Counted from the first letter of the stretch, positions 31,113 through 45,489 are shown. The stretch is 64,000 nt of DNA from the human T2T-CHM13v2.0 reference genome, Homo sapiens (GCF_009914755.1 NC_060929.1), one strand, 5' to 3'. Program-made: numbers and translations. The notes: a model not told the origin generated them from the sequence alone.

Positions 31113-33648
31113 AAGAGTTCCTGTCATACAAGACAAACAAGTTGTTCTAAATTAAAGAAGAGTAAAGAGACTAAAGAAAACTAAATGGATATCACAAGCA
31201 AATGCAATACATGAAACTTGTTGGTTTTTTTTTTTAAAAAAGCTTTCATTTGAGGGACAATTTATTATAATTTGAAAAATATTTGGGGGACAATTGAAAA
31301 CTCAATATGCACTTTATATTAGATATTATAGAATATTGTGACACTTTTAAATTCTTAGAAGTTAAAATGGTATTGTGGTAATGTAGGAAAATGTCTTTAT
31401 TCTTAGGCAATAAATACTGAAATATTAAGAGGCAGAGTGACATCATGTTGCAATTTGCTTTCAAATGGCTCAATAAAAGGGAAATTGGAGAGAAGCTTTA
31501 TTACATGGATAGATAGATAATAGATAGATAGCATATAAATGTTATAAAATATTAGCAATTGGTGAATCTAGATGAAGGGTATGTGGGTGTTTATTGTGCT
31601 ATTCTTTCAACATATCTGCAGGCTTGGGATTTTTCAAAACAAACGGTTAGGGAAGACAAAAGAGAGAGACTAGTGTCACTAACCAAAATAGTCTGAATAA
31701 TTCTGACCTCAGAGTCACTTCCCACATCAGGGGGACATTTGCCACACTATTCACCCTGGAAGTCTATTAGCAGTGTTAGAAGCAGGAATCATAAGTCAGA
31801 CTGCATAGTGGCTGTTGACTAATTAGTTAGCCTCATCAAACCTCAGCCTAGTGAATTTTATTGCCTTAAGTCACTTTTTTAAAAAATGCCTGAACAGAAA
31901 TGTTAACCTCCCTATCCAAGCACAAGAAAGAGCTTTAGAGCACATAGAATTTAGCACCAAAAGAATTATGAACTGATATTTGCTCAGATTTGTGATGCTT
32001 ATTGACTTACCCAAAGAAAAATATTTGCCTTTTGTAACAAGATTCTTTAAATTTACAGGAAAGCATGGCTGATCTTGCAAGTTTGGTTGTGGGGGTATAG
32101 GACTGAAGTGAATATGCATTTTGGAATTCTCAATCATGGCATCCAGGAAATACAGGCCGTTGGGCTTCTTACCCTGAAAGTCTAAGAAGGTTTCAAATAT
32201 TGTACAAGTCTCAAATGCCAGGATTCAGCACAAAGGGAACAGTTATGTGTACAACAGGACTTGCTTTCAATTCTAACCTGCCCTGTGCCAGACCCATCCC
32301 TAAGTGTCACTGACTCACTGGCAGCATTTTAGCTAGGCTGTGAGTATTCACAGGGTCATGAACTGGAGCGTGATACCAGAAGCCAGACAAAACAGCATGC
32401 ACCTCAAATGTCGTGTGTAAGGCTGAGATAAACAGTGAAACTATGGAACAATTGAAAAGGTCTTTCCTCCTCTAACCAGACAAATAAATCTTAAAATATG
32501 AAGATCAAGGACTGCTAAAGACAACAAACACCAAAGAACTGAAACCGCTTACCAGCAGGTGGTATCACTGGGGGTTTGTCTTTTGAAAAATGTGTCAGAT
32601 CCTTTTAGGACAATATAAAACACTTCTGGTTCCTATGGTGATACTGATAATACATTGTCAGTCATTGTGGTATCTAGATCTACATTATGTAGTTTTAAAA
32701 GCACCTTGAAATATTTGAAGGTTAAATTTGTTTCTCCTCTAAATTGCTTGGTGTCAATTGTAGTTGTGGCAATTGGAGGAGATATAGTCAATTTGTGAGA
32801 AATACCACCAACCAGTATTTCTTGCCTCTTATAAGGCTCAGAGAAAGAGAAGAGGCCATAAACTCAGTCTCTTCACAACAGCCCCAGACACTAATCAAAG
32901 TCCAGGTCTTCAGAGTGAGAGAGACTAAGTAATTCATTAGTCTTCAGGGCTTTATCCAGGCCTTCACTTAGGGAAGGCCGCTCACTGCAGTATTTTCCAG
33001 TCTCAAGGATGGCAGTTTATTTGTCTGGTTGTTCCTTAATTAATTTGTTTCTTAGGAAAGGGCATTTTCTAATAAAATTCTATGAAAACATTTCCACAAG
33101 TCCAAGGCAGGCATAAACCACAAATCCTGCCACTTGACTTGGTAGAGTCAAAGGCTGGTTTTTGTAGTATGAGATTAACCATCAACCACAAATATTGTGA
33201 TTGAGAAAATGGAAAAGATGAGCTTTCGATTTTTTCTCTTTTACTGGCTTTGTACTTTTTAATTTTACTAACATTAAATATTGCTAAGTTATGAAATAAA
33301 ACAGTTGAACTTCCCCAGGTGCATGGTATTCCAGAAATGTTGTTAGATCATTTCTTCTAAAGTATAGACATCTATATACCACACTCTGAACCTTTGCAGT
33401 TTTGACTTTTGTATCAGGGTTACATGCTATCATACCTTCCTCTCTAGTTATAATCTCATTGCTCTTTAAGGCAACATAACTGTTGCTCCAACAGCCTTGA
33501 TTCTCCACACGTTCTTCACATGCTTCATTGTTCATAAACTTACTGTATTACTTCACACCACTCTTGAAAAGTTATTTTCAATGAATTTGTAAAGAATATT
33601 CTATTGTCAGAATAGGTAAATATTCTTCAGAATAACAAATACATTATT

Positions 33649-33946
33649 GGTCAGGTGTGGTGGCTCATACCTGTCATCCCAACACTTTAGGAAGCTGGAG
33701 TGGGAGGATTGCTTGAGTCCAGGAGTGTGAGACTTGCCTGGCCAACATAGAAAGACCCTATCTCTATAAAAAGTAAAAAAATAAAGTAGTCAGGTATGGC
33801 AGAACACACCTGTAGTCCTAGCTACTTAGGAGGCTGAGGCAAGAGGATTGCTTGAGCCCAGGAGGTCAAGGCTGAAGTGAACCATAATTGCAACACTGCA
33901 CTCCAGCCTGGGCAACAGAGCAAGACTCTGTCTCTAAAAAAAGAAA
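33649..33946 (+). mobile_element. AluJ
   Basis: dimeric Alu with ggattgcttgag in both arms; TSD aaatacattatt at 33637-48 and 33947-58. Confidence 0.95.
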
Positions 33947-34234
33947 AAATACATTATTATTAAGTATTTAACACTCTATATGACCTATATTAAAAAAATC
34001 ATTTTAGTACACTCTCAAATGAAGAATTTTAGAAAAATAAACTATTTCTACCACTGACACGATTCCAGCATAAAAAGGAATCATAGTTTTTGTTTGCACT
34101 ATTAAATCAAAAGAATACCGAATCGTGTATTATTATTAGCCTATGAGGTTTGAGTTTATAAGAGGTCATAAGCACATTGGTTTGATTTTCTTTACATGAG
34201 GTTGACACTGTTTTGCCTATTTTCAGGTCGTAAT

Positions 34235-34445
34235 AATAATAATAATAGCCTATAATAATTGAGCACTTAAGGCCTGCCATATCTCTATTATTCCATATAA
34301 TCCTTATATCAACCTCATTTAGTAGGATCCATTACTGCTCCAATTTTGCAAATGAGGAAGCCAAATTCTGGTGAGGTGACCAAATAAGGATGGTAGGAAA
34401 ACTGGTCTGGCTGGCTAGTCCCTAAGCTCTTAATTACTGCACTGA
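34235..34445 (-). mobile_element. MIR
   Basis: aataatagcc...ttgagcactta...caattttgcaaatgaggaagcc...gctcttaattact. Confidence 0.65.
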
Positions 34446-35529
34446 TTATGTATCAGCACCACCCTTGTCTCCTACATTTCATATTCTCTAACATCTCATA
34501 CAAGTTTATAGTTAACCGAGTGTATTTCCAGAAGAAAATCATTCCAAGTTCACTAAAATGCTAATACCTAGATACTTCTCAATTCCAAAATTTCCCCCTT
34601 TAAAAAAACTGCTGTATCTCAAGTACTACAGACCTCATCTGGACAAATAGATTAAATAAGTGAGATTCTTCACTACCCATATCAATTTAGCTAATTAGAT
34701 AAACAACAAAAGATCTCAGAGGGCTGCTTATTCAGAGAACTAAGCAAAAATTCAAACAAAACAATGTGTCCCTGCCTGAGTCATTGGGAGAACAGTTCTG
34801 ATTAGATTCTAGACAAATTAATCAGCTACATTATTGATATCTTTACCCTGCCTGGGGTATGCTCAGCTTTCATGCAAAAACATGAATACAGAAAGAGGTG
34901 GACTCTGTGTATTTGTCGGGTGGGGCAGGTTGTTCCTATTCCATCTCTTAAAAGTAGATATGAACATAGATAATTTTCTCTATTCCTAGTACATAGTAGT
35001 AGCTTAATGAATGTTTATTCAATTGATAAGCAAAAAAATCTCATTACCCATTTCTTAAAATATGATAATTCCTCAAAATTATAAAAAATCCAAAGCAGTA
35101 CTGCTCACTAGTAATGTGCTCATATCATGCCTAATTTAAAATAATTTGTTTTGTATCCTCCAGTCCTTTTGCAGAATCATTTTTTTTTTTCATGAAAGAG
35201 AAAATAGTGTTTGGGTAGATTTGGGAGAAGCGATGAAATTCATCAAGTAATATAATTGTCTAGCAATCATTAAGTGTTTAGTATGTGCCAGGAATTGCTC
35301 TAAATGTGTGGCATGTTTTACCTTATTTAAGCTAGGTACAGTTTGCTGCACAGAATACAAATAATAAAGGCTGGAGACATGGAAAAGAAAGACTAGAGTC
35401 AGCAAAGAATAACAGTGAAAAAGTAAATAAGGACCGAAAGAGAATCACAGATGGATGCTGGGTGGAGCACAGTCACAGGCAACTGTGAATGTGAAAGGGG
35501 AATGAAAAGAAGTTACACTGAGAGAGAGC

Positions 35530-35740
35530 TGCACTGAGCACCTACTGGATTCGCTGTTGTACATATGTTGCCCCATTTTATCCCCAAGCTATCCTTATGA
35601 GGAAGGTTTAATACTCCTGATTTTATCAAAGAAAAACAGCTTGCTGAAGCTTATGTCCCTTTAACCAAGATTACACAGCTAGTAAGTGGTAGAGTCAGAA
35701 TTTAGATCTGGAGTTTTGTCTGATGCCGAAACCCACGTTA
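35530..35740 (-). mobile_element. MIR
   Basis: ccaagattacacagctagtaagtggtagagtcagaatttagatctgg. Confidence 0.7.
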
Positions 35741-36511
35741 GATTTGATTTACAAGGTTTGTAACTGGGCTACACCCTAGTGCAATGCATAGTTCCATGAC
35801 TTGGTAACTTCCTAGTCTCACTTATTATGATGGGGGAAGAAATATTAATTTAATCACGTTATAATCTACGCATATTCACACACTTAGAGATTAGCACACA
35901 AATTTCAAATAACAGAGATAAGAAACTATCAGTTGTAGCATTTTCCAGAAATGTAGTTTGCACTTCTTTTTAAATTAAGCCTAGTTATTGAATGATCTAT
36001 GAGGAAAACAGGAGTCTAGGAGTAAGTATGTATATGATACCCACTTCTTCATTCAATAGAAAGGAAGATATCTAGAAACAAAGTTCTGAGATCTCCATAA
36101 ATATTTGTGCTCTGTAAAAATTTCAATTGTCTATGAAATGGTTCATAATTGACTACTCAACTACTCAACTAATTGTGATAGTCACTGTTGATATTTTTAC
36201 CAGCACAATGAAGTTTACTGCAGTATTTGAAACCATAGCCTGTAAACATTACTATTACACAGCCTTTTGCTCACACAATGGAGAATCAAGATAAATGCTA
36301 TGGATTGTCTCAAATTTACTCTTTTTATTTTCTACAGTAACAGGCTGGTCAGGTAGAGACACCTCTAAGCATCCATACAACTAACTTAGGACCTTCCAGA
36401 CAGCCACAATCTCAATTAGCAGATGCCAAATGAGATTAATCCACAATAAAAAACCTTTTGCACAAAGGAATATCCTGGCAGCTTTCTGGTCTCACGGAAT
36501 TTCAGTGTGAG

Positions 36512-36806
36512 CAGGAACAGAAAACCAAACACTGCATGTTCTCACTCATAAGTGTGAGTTGAACAATGAGAACACATGGACACAGGGAGGGGAATATCAC
36601 ACACTGGGGCCTGTAGGGGGGTGGGAGCAAAGGGAGGGAGAGCATTAGGACAACTATCCAATGCATGTGGGGCTTAAAACCTAGATGACGGGTTGATAGG
36701 TGTAGCAAGCCACCGTGGCACATGTATACCTAGGTAATAAACCTGCATGTTCTGTACATGTATCCCAGAATTTAAAGTAAAATTAAATTTAATTTTAAAA
36801 AATAAT
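36512..36806 (+). mobile_element. L1PA8-like 3' end
   Basis: ggggcttaaaacctagatgacgggttgatagg diagnostic; perfect 14-bp TSD aatttcagtgtgag at 36498-511 and 36807-820. Confidence 0.93.
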
Positions 36807-38088
36807 AATTTCAGTGTGAGGTTGACAAGTTGGCTGAAAGTGCAAGTTATTTATCAAAAAAAAAAATAGGTAAATTTTTGATGGAGAGATGGATGGCAGA
36901 TAGACAGACCTTCCTGCAAGTCTACCAGGATTTCAAATTAATGGCAATTGGAAAAGATATTCTTTTGTGCCACAGGAAAAAATCATGTTAGCTCTGAATT
37001 TATTTCATTTTGGTAGGTGGGCTCGCACATTTTTTTCTTCTTATTTCATCTCATACACTCTTCCTTGTGAACCAGAGCAGAGTCAAGGAATATCACGTTT
37101 AAGAGAAGACAATCATTCACACACCTTTTCCCTGTTAATCCTGTCCCAGTCTGACTGCCAAAGAACTTTTCCCTTTAAAATAAATATATTGCCATCAAAT
37201 GAATTTCAGAAAAGTTTTTGTGCTTTGTTTTGTTTTAATCCCATTCCCTATGGCTTGACTTTTGCTTGTCTTCCTGTCCACCTTCTACCCTTACCTTCGC
37301 ATTTCTTCTAATCAGCAAACTGTACTACTTAGGAATGTCAGCCTGCAAGTCAGTTAGGGTAAATCTGGCCACCTACCTCCCTGTAAAGATTTCCTTGGTG
37401 ACCATCAGCTCACATCATTCAGTCCCAACCAGGCAGAAATAACCACAGAATTCCAAACTTGTCCTTCCTTTGAGGGGATGACCATTTCTCTCTCCATTCC
37501 TTTCTGTTGGCTCTTTGGGATCAGATGTCTGGCTTCTTCATCCCTGTATTATCTTGTTCCTTTGGCAAAGAAATTTTTTCAGTTACTAAACCATTGATAC
37601 TGAAGGAGACACTGTGAGTGTTATCTTTAGATCTTCTAAAAACTGTATTTCCTATAAACGAGATCCCTGAATTCTACCTGAATTCTACAGATATTTACTA
37701 TGCATTTGTTTCATGCAAGGCACTCTCATAAGCATATTAAAAGGTATAATACATTGTACCCTCCCATAAAGTAAATTGTGCATAGGTAATAATACTGTAA
37801 CACACGACAAGTAGAATGTGACAGGTATTAAAGTTTTAGGTATAATGGAGCACAGAACAAAAGGAAAAATTAATTATGAATGGGGAATTACTGTCACAGG
37901 GAGGAGGACAACAGTTAACATAGTTCTCAATAAGATTAGGTTGAGAAGTGAGGGGTCAGAAAGGAAGAGAATGGGCAAAGCATGGAAGATGGAATTTTCA
38001 AAATGCATATTTGAACTAAAGTTTCCTTTAGGCCAGACAGATTGGGTCTCAAGTGCTATGTTCAGAATTGTCATTTTATTTTATAGAT

Positions 38089-38437
38089 CTGTGGTTCCCG
38101 AAAGATTGCCAGGGGCCAGTGCCAGTGATGGTTTAAGTCTAAGTTTTCACTGGATTCACAAGACATGAGAAAAACAAGGACACTTGGTAAGATACTTTTT
38201 TTTTCATGAAACAAAATTCATCTAAAGCCCTTCTTTATTTTGAGATTATGTGTTTCCTGTATTTAGAATAAAACGCAGTTGCTTTTATGAAATTGTGGTA
38301 AAAGTAGATGGCAGTTTGGGGATGGAGGGTGGTTCTAATGTCATTATTTTGCAAATAAAAATTGGTAACACTGTATTGGGCTCTCTAATTTATTTTTGTT
38401 TCACTGATTCATGAGATCCAAACTTTGGGAGCCACTT
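38089..38437 (-). mobile_element. Charlie18a-like hAT MITE
   Basis: TIRs ctgtggttccc / gggagccactt; aagttttcactgg...atgagaaaaacaaggaca and ttattttgagattatg match the reverse complement of the recalled consensus. Confidence 0.75.
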
Positions 38438-38538
38438 CTGAAGGTAATGTGGCCTGCCTCCCTTGGAAGTGGAGCAGTGTTGGCAAAACTGTTCTTCAGA
38501 AAACATCAGTGACAGCAATACATTAAAAGAAAAAAGAG

Positions 38539-38929
<391 letters not shown>

Positions 38930-39519
38930 TTAGAAATCTACGGCAAAAAACAATTTTCAGGACCTAATCCAGGGCATTGACATAGAGGATTGAAAAGAAG
39001 CAATGATGTAGAGATGGACAATACGGGATTGACAACTGAGTAAAGACACCTATACCACTTGATTTTTGTTCATTAGTTTACATTCTCTGTTGAGAGGAGA
39101 AAAGATAGAAATTTATCTTTTCAGAATGTACCCTAATCAGTGAACCTTGATTTTTACTATCATCGTGTTCTTATTGCTCTGCTCTAATCCTGTTATTTTG
39201 AAAAAAAAAAAAAAAAAAATCTCATAGTTTCTCAAGATGCTCTCTATTAGTGCATTTCTTTGTTACCACATACTTCCATTAAGTTCAGCATCACATGAAA
39301 TGAGGTGATCTGGGAATTAATGAAATAGCAGTTATTGAGCCTAACAGATGTATGACTTTCCATCAAATATAAAGAACGAGAGTGAGATTTGAACTAGAAT
39401 GACACTTCAGCATTACGAGAAATCGTGTAACATTGACAAAAGAAGGACATTCCGATTTTAAAGCTCTTTGGAGATATTTTCATCCTGGATATTAGAGTTG
39501 TGTTTTCATTTAATTTTTG

Positions 39520-39716
39520 CACGATAATAACAGCTAATATTTATTGAGCATTTACTATATTAAGCACTTGATAAGCACAGGCTTACTTAATCTTCCAAAC
39601 ACACTTATCAGGTAGATAATTTTAGTATAGCTTTTTAAAGCAATATTTGAGAGAAGATAAATTACTTGTCCAAAGTCACAAAGTACAAAGTAACTCAACT
39701 GGGATTAGAACTCAGT
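39520..39716 (-). mobile_element. MIR
   Basis: aataacagctaatatttattgagcatttactat...aaattacttgtccaaagtcaca...gggattagaactcag. Confidence 0.75.
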
Positions 39717-40280
39717 TGTATCTATTAGGCTTCATTCTTTGGCAAGTGACAGAAAGCTCAGCCAAAACTAAGTTTAAAAAAAAAAAGGAAATGTACCAGT
39801 TCCTATCATTGAAGCATCCAGGAGCAGGGCTAGGGCTAGCTCCCGAAGGAATTTAACAAGTAACTCCAACAGTGCCATCAACATACAGTGTTCCTCCCTC
39901 CATCTTACCCAGCTGTCTCTGTGTTGGCTGTATTCTCACACAGCCTTTCCTGTTGTGATTTCAGACCATCTCCAGATGTTCCAGCCTTATAGCCAGCCTC
40001 AACCAAGACCAGCAGAAAAACACAACAGTCTTTCCCAGCAGTCCCAGGAAAGGCCTCACTGCATCCTTTCGTTTTTATGAGGTCATAAGCTTGTCCCTGC
40101 AGGAATCATTGCTGTCTGCTCAGTGTTATGCACTAAATGGCAAAGCCTGGTGGCAAGGGTGCAGTACTCTCTCAATGCAGATGGAGGATTATTTTACTGA
40201 GGTAATCCAGAATATGATTAACAGATTTAGGCATCATAGATTCTGGAGGGGGCAGGGGGCATGATCAGTAAATATCTCTG
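39717..40280 (-). mobile_element. MLT1J/K-type LTR
   Basis: tgtatctattaggcttcattctttggcaagtgacagaaa is the reverse complement of an MLT1 3' terminus; ctctgtgttggctgtattctca. Confidence 0.7.
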
Positions 40281-42369
40281 ACAATAGAACATTCTTGCTG
40301 AATAACCTGAGCTTTTAACCAGCTAAACAATGAAGATCCGTAAAGAACACAGATGAGACTTAAAAAGAGAACATTGCTCTTGCAGCATCCTTCAGAATTA
40401 TTTAAATTTGCTTTTCAAAGCTACTAATACCTTGACTGGAGAAAATTGTATGTGGGAAGAACTAAATCCATTTCTGTTGTATAAGAACAGAAGTGAACAC
40501 ACCCCTCCAAAGAGACTTCCTTTTTGGGGGGCAGGACATTGTACATCTGGCCTAGATCATTCTGGAAGTGACTAAGAAAAAGACACAGGCCTCAATTTCT
40601 CCTTTCTAAGCCATGTGTTTATGCCAAAGTCTGACTCTTGTTCATCTAGAAGATTTTCTTTCATTTCTACCCTAATGTGCCGGATTTAGATTGAGGCAGT
40701 GAAGCATTAGTCCCCATTGCTCCATTTATCCTTTTTGAGACTGCTAAAGATTCCACAAAAGAACCAATCTCATTTCTGTAGCAGGTTCCTCCCTATGAGA
40801 AAAGAACAAAAGAAAGCAAGCCCTTTCTTTTCATTTTTGATGGTCTCTTTCTATTTCTCTAGGAATATTAACTTGCTGATTCCCTCCTTCATCTCGAAAT
40901 CTTTTTTTTCCTTTAATTTCAGCTGACTCTCTGACATATTAGGGTAAGAAGAAAACAAAGTACCTGGATGCTTGTTACTTAGTAGATATGTTAATGAAAC
41001 GTTTATAATGCAGTTAAATCTCAGCTTTTTGTGCTTAAAAAGAAAGAAGAAACACTCTATTGGGGCATCCTCTAGCAGTAAAAATTCTGCTGAGGGTCTA
41101 TTACTTCCTTTCCTTTAAAACTCCCAGCTTCATAGCCAATATTGCCAGACAAACAAAACAGTCCTTTTCTTTCCTTTTTGCTGCAGTCAATTGTAGAAAA
41201 GAATCTGTACTTCAGTGGAGATAATTTTAAACGGGAATTCAAAAGGCTGTGTTCTTTTATAATTTCAACACCTCATTTAACACTTTGCTTAAACTCAAAT
41301 ATTCCTGAGGAATAGTGAAAATATACATTTGTGATTTGGGAGAAAAAGAAAGTTGCTATTGAAATTTACACATAAAACAAATGGTGAACTGGGTCCAAAA
41401 TGAGAATAGGATGATGGTTTTATTTTTATCCAGAAGGCTGTCAGATGTAATTGAAACAATCTTATAAACATTCCTTTTGTTAATGCCTTTTATTCTCAGT
41501 CTTCACTTTTCTCAATTGGTTTCTCATATTTAAAAAGTGAACTACAATTTCTCAAAGGAAAAGAAAAAGAAAATAGTGATAATGTGTATTCCTATCTTTC
41601 TCTTTCATTGTTTTACTCTCTGATAAAAGTGGGCAAATGGGAAGCCTGAGTCTCCAGACTGGCTTCATCCAGCTCACATCCCAAACTGTACCCCAGGAGG
41701 GATGACCAGCACTTCCCTAGGACATATCCTTGGACTTTCCCTTTTCTGTTGCCTTCTATGATCATTGATGCATATACCACAACTCCTATCCATCTTGAAT
41801 GAATAGGTCGGACACCAGAACAAACAAGATGTTCAGTCAGTCCAAGGCTAGATTAACTCATTAGCAGAGTAAGCAGGCTTTAAGGGCACCAGCAAAACTG
41901 GGCACCAGAAACAGACACAAACAGAAACAGAGACAGAGAAAGCAAACATTTCTACCTTGATGAATTTACTCATGATTTCAATGTCTGCAATCAGAATGTC
42001 TTTAAGAAGCTATTTTAATTTTAGCATGCAGATAGTTTTCTATGACATTTGGTAAAACTAGCTCTTACCTTAGATCAGAGAGGATATACTAATCTGTTCA
42101 GAATTTAGGTCCTCTAAGTCAGGCCCTTCAGTTACTCCCCAAAGCCAATTGACAGCTATGGCCCTGACAATATACGGGAAGCTGCAGTCTTACTTATATC
42201 CTAGAGACATCTTCTGGGGAAGAAGCATAACTGAATCAAAGTCATAATTGGAACTACAGAGTTCTCTGAAAGCAGCTTTTCTAAATCCATAGGTCCAACT
42301 CCCAGGGACCTTTATTGCACTGCAAAAAGATTTGGGATCCATTTCCTTGTTTCAAAAATAACACCTACC

Positions 42370-42545
42370 ACAAGATTTCTTAAAGTGGACCATGGATCAC
42401 TGGTTTCAGAATCACCAAGAGGGCTTATTTTTAGGGGCCTAACCCTCAAATGACTTGACCTAACTCTATAGTTTGTAGTTGGACATTTATAAACTGCCAG
42501 TACTTCACTGAGTTTTGGGAGTGACCGTGTAGCCAGGTATACGTG
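42370..42545. mobile_element. MER5A-like MITE
   Basis: ttcttaaagtggaccatggatcactggtttcagaatcacc. Confidence 0.45.
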
Positions 42546-43709
42546 TTCCACACAATAATTTACTAGGTAAGAAAAATATTAAAGGCATGAGTATGAATTC
42601 AAAGATGTTTGTAACCCAACTGTTTAATCTTGACAGAGGCATCCCTCATTTGGATGAAACTTAAAGCAAAGGTCCTTACAATTTATCCTAAAAAGTTATT
42701 TACATTTATTAACAACTTTCCTTCCACTTCTATATATATTTCTCATTGTTTAGTTTCTATAAGCCTAATGAATAAATTTTACATAACATTGATAGTATTA
42801 TTTTATTAAAATATATTGGTCATGATTTGGTTGGCATTTTTAAAATTGTTAATAGGAAAACATAGAAGACTGAATGATAAATATATTAAAATGAAATCAT
42901 TTCTCCTGTATAAGAACTAAATTATAATAGTGATTATTCATACTAATAAACTATAGAGTACAGGGATGGAAATAGAAATACAATTTTTGAATATCTCTCT
43001 TTACATTCACCACAAAATTTTAAAAAGCAGTTACTCTCTCCCCCCACAGAGATATTTTCTGTTTCCTTCAGAATCCAACTAGCAAGGAATATCAACATAT
43101 TTCAAAGAGCTTTATTTCAGATGTAGTTCAAAGGCAGGGCAAGGTTAACAGCAGAATTATTCACGGGAGCTAACCTTATATGATATCATCTAATAAAAGA
43201 TGCCAATGTATTTGTGAAGAAAAAATTCAACTGGAAACATTTTCAATGACATTGCACAAAAAGATCAAAAAGTTATCATGACATAAACAATTTGTGTTGA
43301 TTAGATTTCACTGTGGAGATGTTGAGATGTTGAGAATAAATAGTATTTGGCTATAGTGACTCTGTCATCATGTGGATTTTAAATATCTAAATATCTGCCA
43401 TATATAACATGCCTTCTTTTGCCTCTTTGAACAATTCTTTGTGTCACTGATGATTGCTGCTTTATTTTCTTGTTATCAAATTCACTTCTTCCTATTAAAT
43501 AGAAAGTTCCCAGGTGAATGAATAGATCTTTAAATGTTTTTTAAAACCACAGTCTAACAAATGCACCATAAGGATAAACTTGCTCAGATGAAAATATTGG
43601 TGAGTTATCTCGAACTTGCCAAAATGGGACTTGTAAATTTCTTTCTACTATAAAAATAAATGATGCACTTGATGTTGATAATCCAAGAACTGTTTTTTAT
43701 ATTTTTAAT

Positions 43710-43922
43710 ATTTTTTAAACTTTAAATTGTGATAAAAAAGCATAACATAAAATGTACTGTCTTAATCATTTCTAAGTGTACAGTTCAGTAGTGTTAAGCA
43801 CATTCATACTGTTGCACAGCTCATCTCCAGAACTTTTTCACCTTGCAATACTGAAACTCTGTATCCATTAAATGCTAACTTCTCATTCCTCCCTTCCCCT
43901 CAGCCCTTAACAACCACAATTC
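43710..43922 (-). mobile_element. L1MB 3' end
   Basis: aacataaaatgtactgtcttaatcatttctaagtgtacagttcagtagtgttaag...ctccagaactttttcaccttgcaatactgaaactctg. Confidence 0.85.
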
Positions 43923-44277
43923 TTTTTTTTAACTGATATATTGTATTTGTACATATTTTGGGGTTACATGTGATATTTTGATATACATATACAATGTATA
44001 ATGAGCAAATCAGGATAATTGGGATATTTATCACTTCAAATATTTATTTTTTGTGAGTTGGGAACATTACAATTCTTCTAGCTATTTTGAAATATACAAT
44101 AAATTATTGTTAACTTTATAAGTTTCCTACTACAATATTGAATACTAGAACTTATTCCTACTATGAACTGTACTTTTGGATATGTTTAACGGCTTCTCCT
44201 CATCACCCCGCCCGCCCCCCCACCTCCCACCCCCCCACACACCCCACATTCCCTCTTCCTTTCTGAGCCTCTGGTAA
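43923..44277 (-). mobile_element. L1MA 3' end
   Basis: gtacatattttggggttacatgtgatattttgat...caaatcaggataattgggatat...ctagctattttgaaatatacaataaatt. Confidence 0.85.
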
Positions 44278-44384
44278 AAAATAAAATAAAAAATAAAATA
44301 AAATAAGCTTGCCAGCATGATTGTGGCAGGGAGTTTCAGTTTTAGGTGTAGAAACCATGACGGCACTACCATCTAGCTGCTTTC

Positions 44385-45260
44385 ACTCATTTAACTCTCC
44401 TCTGTTGGTGCATACTCTGTGACAGATACTGCCTGGAGAACAAAATGGGCCTTGCCTTCAAGAATCTTATGTTCTGGCCGGGCGCAGTGGCTCACGCCTG
44501 TAATCCCAGCACTGGGAGACTGAGGCAGGCGGATCACAAGGTCAGGAGATCGAGACCATCCTGGCTAACACGGTGAAACCACGTCTCTACTAAAAATACA
44601 GAAAATTAGCAGGGCATGGTGGTGAGTGCCTGTAATCCCAGCTACTCAGGAGGCTGAGGCAGGAGAATGGCGTGAACCTGAGAGGCGGACCTTGCAGTGA
44701 GCCGAGATTGTGCCCACTGCACTCCAGCCTGGGCGACAGAGTGAGACTCTGTCTCAAAAAAAAAAAAAAAAAAAAAAAGAATCTTATGTTCCGTTGGAGT
44801 AGATTAATGAGCAAAAAACAAATAGTATATATAAGAGAAAGAAAATAATTGCAAGTTATAAAAGTTATTTCTATGGAATAAACAAGCAAAAAGCTACAAT
44901 AGAAAATAAAGCCATGAGAGGCCAGGGAGACCCTACTTTCATAGCGAGATTAGGCAAGGCCTCCCAGAGCTTGTGATGTTTAACTGAGGCCTAAAAGATG
45001 ATAAGAAGACAGTCATGTAAAAAGAAAGGAAGAGATTTCAGATTGCAGGCACAGGATGTACAAAGAGCCTGCAGCAGGAAAGAGCATGGAATCACTGGTG
45101 ACGTATCCAACATCTAATGTTCCTGAAGCATAAGAAACAAGAGAGAGACACAAGAGGAAATAGGAGTCTGACCATCCAGGGTCTGGAAAGCCATGGTAAG
45201 AAACTTGGAACATATTCTAATGGCAAGGAAAGCTAATGAAGAGTTTTAAGTAACAGAGGC
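44385..45260 (-). mobile_element. L2 interrupted by AluY
   Basis: ccttgccttcaagaatcttatgttc|...gaggcctaaaagatgataag...ccatggtaagaaacttggaacatattctaa. Confidence 0.7.
44476..44778 (+). mobile_element. AluY
   Basis: gagatcgagaccatcctggctaacacggtg and gaatggcgtgaacc diagnostics; long A tail; TSD aagaatcttatgttc at 44460-74 and 44777-91. Confidence 0.96.
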
Positions 45261-45489
45261 TGCTTGCACCTTTTTAAATCTTCAGGTAACAACCACTTCA
45301 TCAAAGGCTCTTCTGCCTCTCTATCAAAATACAGAGGACAAAGCTTATTTTCACTGCCATGTGCCCCTCCCCAGTTTGTAATCTCTGTTCCCTGACGATG
45401 AACCTAATCCCACCTACCTGTCTGGAGCTCTAACAGGTGCCCAAGAAAATACTACATTCTCTACCATTCTTTCCACAGCTGCTCATTCC

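Larger units (their letters stand above)
26860..31650 (+). mobile_element. old L1MC/L1ME 3' region split into three pieces (26860-27045, 29273-29469, 31113-31650)
   Basis: tacttactaatttacaaaagagaaacagtacctttatt...|cttaaccaagcaattaag...|gggacaattgaaaactcaatatgcactttatattagatatt...ggtgaatctagatgaagggtatgtggg. Confidence 0.65.

Noticed and set aside
44205-44252. C-rich tract (G-quadruplex potential on -)
   Set aside because: An expansion of the normal G-rich tract of the L1MA 3'UTR
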